64,000 bases of DNA from an uncultured delta proteobacterium. GTDB lineage: Bacteria; Desulfobacterota; RBG-13-43-22. The stretch is taken from NCBI GenBank assembly GCA_963743305.1, contig CAVUPH010000006.1:160001-224000 (forward strand), written 5' to 3'. The notes under the pieces are model-generated. The model ran no database searches. It saw only the letters and a program-made list of their open reading frames with translations, and was not told the origin of the DNA. Below, one piece after another: positions 59,829-64,000 of the stretch; positions within the stretch are counted from its first letter, which is position 1; the number at the start of each line of letters is the position of its first letter. The position numbers and the translations under genes were made by a program.

Positions 59829-60708
59829 TCAAAAAAACTCGTCTACTTGTTCCAGCAACTTTTGGGCTTTCTGTTTGGCCAGGGTATTTAGCAAAGTCAA
59901 TTCCGGGTCCTGATCGACCGGCGTCTCCAGAACGTGTTTTAACGTCTTTTCAAAAAGATCCCGGTCCAGTCGCTGCCGGGCGTAATATTGGGCGTAATAG
60001 ACCTCCGTCATCAGGAACTTGCCCTTACCCCAGCGCAACGCTTCCTGAAAATGTTCATTGGCTTTTTTTAAATTCCCGCCGAACTGCTCCGGCCGGGCGG
60101 ACAGGAGGATCCCTTTGAAAAGGTGGGCGCCCCCGTAGTAATAACCCGGATCAAGTTGCAGGACTCGTTCCATGAGCGCCTCCACCCAGGGCAGCTCGGC
60201 CATGGCCTCCACGCCCGTCCGGGCTGTTGGCGATCCAGCTCCCCCAGACACTGCCCGCCCCAAAGAGCAGGGGCACATCTTCCCCGGTTGTTTGAACCAA
60301 TTGCTCCTGAAAAAAACGCAGCGGCTGGCCTTGAAACCCCTTCAGGCTGGGGTGCAGATCCAGTGCTTTCAAGGCCTGGGTTTTGGCCCGGGCATACAGG
60401 GCCACGGCACGCCCCTGCTCGCTTTCCTCCAAAATAGACGCGTAGGAGGAGTAGGCCTGGGCTCCGGCCAGCAAGAGGGCGGCATTATCCGGGTATCGCT
60501 GGCTCATCCCGTCGATGAGCATCAGGTAGGAAGGAACGCCCTGACGAACCAGAACCAGATCCGATTGTCGATTAGCCGCCGAAGCGACTTCTTTCAATAA
60601 AGCCGTGGCCCCGTCGGCCACCATCGAACCGGTGGAAACACAACCGGCAGCCGGCAGGACCAACAAAGAGGCCATCCCTATCAATTTTCTCAGGAGACCG
60701 GTTTTCAC
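59829..60708 (-). CDS. TRAP-associated TPR lipoprotein (TatT), frameshifted near 60215
   Basis: Lipobox AAGC, RPEQFGG, HFQEAL and LLNTLAK; position ahead of dctPQM. Confidence 0.82.
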
Positions 60709-60851
60709 TTTTCTTTGGACAATAATCCTAACATAATTAAATAACTAACATTAATCGAGGGGACCGTCAAAGGAAAAATTTCCCGGCCGTTCTCCTTTCC
60801 ACAAACCGTGGGCTAGGTCCAAAAAAAAATACGACCCTGATTTTTCCCTAT

Positions 60852-61649
60852 TTAGCTTTGACGGAATCGCAATGGGAAGTTGTCATCTTTTTTGCTCCGC
60901 AAGCGAACCAACAAGACCAAAGAGACCAATCCGATCCCGGCCAGAAAAAAGAGATGGGTAGCGCTAAGCGGACCGAGGAGGGGCAGGTTATCGTTTCGCA
61001 GGAACTGGACCAGAAATCGTTTGATAAAGTACAATTCCAGGAAGAGGAGAAAGAGGAAGCCATCGAAAGGATAGCCTCTTTTGGCTCCTACCTTTTTTGT
61101 ACCGTATCTCTCCCAACTTACAAGTATAAGAAAAATGGCGAGGTTGGCCCCGAAACTTAACAATTGGGTGGGGTAACGCGCGGCCCAGATCCTATTTAGA
61201 TCCGGAAGCACAATCGCCAGCGGTGAATCGCTCGGCGCTCCGCCGCAACAGCCCGCCGCCAGACATCCAAGACGGCCGATAGCCAGACCGAGAGGAACCG
61301 GTAAGCTTCCCAGGTCAAAGGCGCGGCCTATGGGAATCCCGTGGCGGCGCAAATAATAATACGCTGCCGGAATAGCCACCACCATCCCTCCGATCACCCG
61401 AACCGGACCGTGCCAGAAAAAAGTCCCGGTTACAAACCAGTCCCTAAAAGTGGTCCCGAAGGTCGGGATCAGAGACCCCAGAAATAAGCCAAGGATAACC
61501 AGCAGCATTGCCCTTCCAAGCACTTGGGGTGGGAAAGGAAGTCGCAAAAGTCGTTTAAAGCCGTACACCCCGATGACCAAATACATAACGGAGTACAACA
61601 GGGCATAGGTGTAAATGAAATAGGAACCGACGGTGATGTGGGGAAACAT
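60852..61649 (-). CDS. Divergent prolipoprotein diacylglyceryl transferase (Lgt) family protein
   Basis: AIGRLGCLAAGCCGG, RYPTQL and RFLVQFLR; multiple TM helices. Confidence 0.8.
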   Translation of the reverse strand: MFPHITVGSYFIYTYALLYSVMYLVIGVYGFKRLLRLPFPPQVLGRAMLLVILGLFLGSLIPTFGTTFRDWFVTGTFFWHGPVRVIGGMVVAIPAAYYYLRRHGIPIGRAFDLGSLPVPLGLAIGRLGCLAAGCCGGAPSDSPLAIVLPDLNRIWAARYPTQLLSFGANLAIFLILVSWERYGTKKVGAKRGYPFDGFLFLLFLELYFIKRFLVQFLRNDNLPLLGPLSATHLFFLAGIGLVSLVLLVRLRSKKDDNFPLRFRQS

Positions 61650-61783
61650 TGGGTGATTTACCCGGTTTTGGATTCCAAAATTCGAACCGCCGTGATCTCA
61701 ATATCCGGAATTCGAAACACGATATCGACTCGACTGAGCGGCTCGACCGGGCTCGCCGAGCCATAAATCAGGGTTGACCGGGG

Positions 61784-63433
61784 CTATTGTTTCTGTAGGA
61801 TGAGGGGCAGATAGTTATAAGTCATTCCTCCGGGCAGAGGCGGCGCCACCCAGATATCTGCCCAGATCAGGTCGGTTACCGAGCTTTTAACGGCAGGGTC
61901 CCCGACCTTTTCGGCGGAAACAACGACATTATAAGAGCCCGCCGGTGTTCCCTCCGGAACGGTGCCGACCAGCCAGATGAAATTGAGCCAGTTGGGAATA
62001 GTTGCGGATGGTCCAATTGGACTAGAGGTATCAGGAGCAGTTTCATCCCCCCAGTATAGCTTCCAGTTGGCCCCGGAAATCTGGGAATCGATGGAAAAAT
62101 TCAATGAAATTGGGTAGCTGCTGGCATAGAGCTCATGAAAAATTTTGACCTCTTTAGGCGGTTTGATCCCCCAGGCGATAGCCGGGTTTCCGAATTTGAT
62201 GGTGAAGGTGGTAGCGAGGCTATGGGGCTGCGGGCCGATACAGGTAATCCCGTCCGCTTGGATGGCCCCGCTGGTAGCGGCCAAGGATTTTCGCCCCCTG
62301 ACTTTTTGGACCATTTGCCCAATGGGCGGAGGGTTCTGGCCTTCCTGGCAGAAATAAAGGGGCACGTCGCCGGTGTTTCCGAACAGGTCCAGAGGCAGAT
62401 TCAGGAAAAACTCCCAGGCCGACAGGTTCAGATCGGCCGGGCAAAATGCCTTGGGGCTCTGAGCGACCCCAACCGTCACCCAGCGCTCTCCAACTACCGA
62501 CGGAAGTCGATTCTGGACAAAGGTCATTCGCTCGGGCCGCAGTTCCAGGGGTATTGGATTCATAACCGATTGGGTTTTATCCGTCAACTGTAGCCTGGCC
62601 TGGTTCCCCGGGACCAGAAGGACCGGACTCTGATAATAAGCCGGATCAGCGGTGGGGAAAGTAACCGGGGTCCGAAGGGCCACGAAGGCGCTGTTCGACT
62701 GGAGCCAGTCCACAATCTGTTGGCAGAGGCCGGTGTCCATGGTGACATTTTCGACCCAATACCAGCGCTGCATGGCTAGGGCATTGGGAGCGCCCAGGAC
62801 CGGTTGATTTCTGGCCGTTTGGGCATCGGTCCGGTTGATCGGAGTCTTCTCCACGGCAGCGGGGGAGCCGAGGGATGTTTCCAAAGTAACGGACTGAGCC
62901 CCGGTGGCGTTGGTGCTTTGCAGGGTCTCGTCCACTGTCCACGAGGTCTTACCTTCCGTCATTGCAGGGAAGTTGAACCGAACGGGAATATCCTTCGAGG
63001 GATTGATAAAGAAATAAGGGGGGCCGCCCGCCAAGGGTTGTTTAGCGGGGTCGGGAAAGGTCAGGTTGGACGCTCCGGGAGGAGGGTAATAGGTGAGACG
63101 ATCGGGCTGATTACCCGACCAGGACAATTTCCGCTCCGCCTGGCTCCCGGGTGCTGGATTAAGCGATCCGGTGTTGGTAATGTTCGGATCCATATCCGGT
63201 TTGATAATCGTCGTTGAAGAGGTCCAGGCCGAAGAATGTGTGGTCGTTGGAGGTTGGGTGGGGGGCAGCGTTCCTGAGCCGTCGCAACTGGACGGGCTGG
63301 TGGCGTTGGTGCCGTCGCAGGCGGTAATAGAGAAATAACCGAATATCCCTCCCACCAAAACGATCAGGACCAGACCAAACTGGATGCAGACCCCGGTGGG
63401 GTTGCTATTGAGCCACTTCCAGATTCCGTTCAT
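61784..63433 (-). CDS. Large hypothetical exported or lipid-anchored protein with C-terminal YLPLILQKQ
   Basis: GGAGG RBS before ATG 63433; TM segment followed by ITA-C, Thr/Ser/Pro linker and beta-rich body. Confidence 0.8.
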   Translation of the reverse strand: MNGIWKWLNSNPTGVCIQFGLVLIVLVGGIFGYFSITACDGTNATSPSSCDGSGTLPPTQPPTTTHSSAWTSSTTIIKPDMDPNITNTGSLNPAPGSQAERKLSWSGNQPDRLTYYPPPGASNLTFPDPAKQPLAGGPPYFFINPSKDIPVRFNFPAMTEGKTSWTVDETLQSTNATGAQSVTLETSLGSPAAVEKTPINRTDAQTARNQPVLGAPNALAMQRWYWVENVTMDTGLCQQIVDWLQSNSAFVALRTPVTFPTADPAYYQSPVLLVPGNQARLQLTDKTQSVMNPIPLELRPERMTFVQNRLPSVVGERWVTVGVAQSPKAFCPADLNLSAWEFFLNLPLDLFGNTGDVPLYFCQEGQNPPPIGQMVQKVRGRKSLAATSGAIQADGITCIGPQPHSLATTFTIKFGNPAIAWGIKPPKEVKIFHELYASSYPISLNFSIDSQISGANWKLYWGDETAPDTSSPIGPSATIPNWLNFIWLVGTVPEGTPAGSYNVVVSAEKVGDPAVKSSVTDLIWADIWVAPPLPGGMTYNYLPLILQKQ

Positions 63434-63684
63434 CGGGGACCTCCGTTCTTTGGAGATAATTATCCTTATTAAACGAGAGCGTTTCCTATCAAGTTTCATC
63501 CAGAGTCTTAGTCGATGTTAACTAGTAGCAAAAGGGGAAGTTTGTGTCAAAAGAAATGTGAGGCAGATACTACCTGGGCGGAATCTTAAGATGTACCGAT
63601 ATTGATTTTTCTTTCACCGGGTCATATATTATGCCGAGAAAGATGTGAGGACCGTTACCTGAGAAAAAAAGAGGAGACAAGCAC

Positions 63685-64000
63685 ATGAACCGAATCAGCA
63701 GAAATGTGGGTATTGGAATTTGGGCTTTGGTCCTGTTGACGGCTATATCTACTACTACCTGGGCAGCAGATGTTCCGCGAATCACGAAACAGGAACTCAA
63801 GGGAATGCTGGGGAAAGAAAATGTAATCATTCTCGACGTCCGCACCGACCTTGATCAGGAAAAAAGCAACCAGAAGATCCCGGGAGCAATTATTGAAGAC
63901 CCGGGGAAAGTGGAAAGCTGGATGGCCAAATACCCCAAGGACAAAACCTTGATCTTTTACTGCGCCTGACCCACCGAAGCCACGAGCGCTCGGGTAGCGC
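63685..64000 (+). CDS. Exported rhodanese-like selenoprotein (CxU), running off the window
   Basis: Signal peptide, ILDVR, KIPGA, IFYCA-TGA-PTEATSARVA in frame; hairpin GCGCT-CGGGT-AGCGC at 63986-64000. Confidence 0.85.

Overview
Bacterial chromosomal window whose gene content points to an anaerobic Desulfobacterota-like (deltaproteobacterial) organism; this assignment is inferred. The conserved core comprises pyrG-kdsA-kdsC-lptCAB-rpoN-hpf-ptsN-rapZ-EIIA(Man)-rimI on the minus strand, rpsF-rpsR-rplI-dnaB-hflX on the plus strand, tRNA-His, a type IV pilin, a formate dehydrogenase alpha subunit and a TRAP/TPAT transporter. Accessory genes and many palindromic or MITE-like intergenic repeats lie between these blocks. 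The ORF track misses four in-frame UGA codons, each followed by a SECIS-like hairpin. Three fit known selenoprotein types (FDH alpha RLUH, a UGSC protein, a rhodanese-like CxU protein). The fourth is a candidate C-terminal CSGGGU in the gene just upstream of the UGSC gene, giving a possible tandem two-selenoprotein module. Other notable signals are a shared C-terminal LPLI tail on three exported proteins (one paired with a divergent Lgt paralogue), a diverged duplicate of the pilin 3' end, a likely AUC start for hflX, an AccA-AccD fusion, an HRN pseudokinase and nested repeats. Five single-base frameshifts in otherwise intact genes look like sequencing or assembly indels. No CRISPR array, integrase or transposase was seen.
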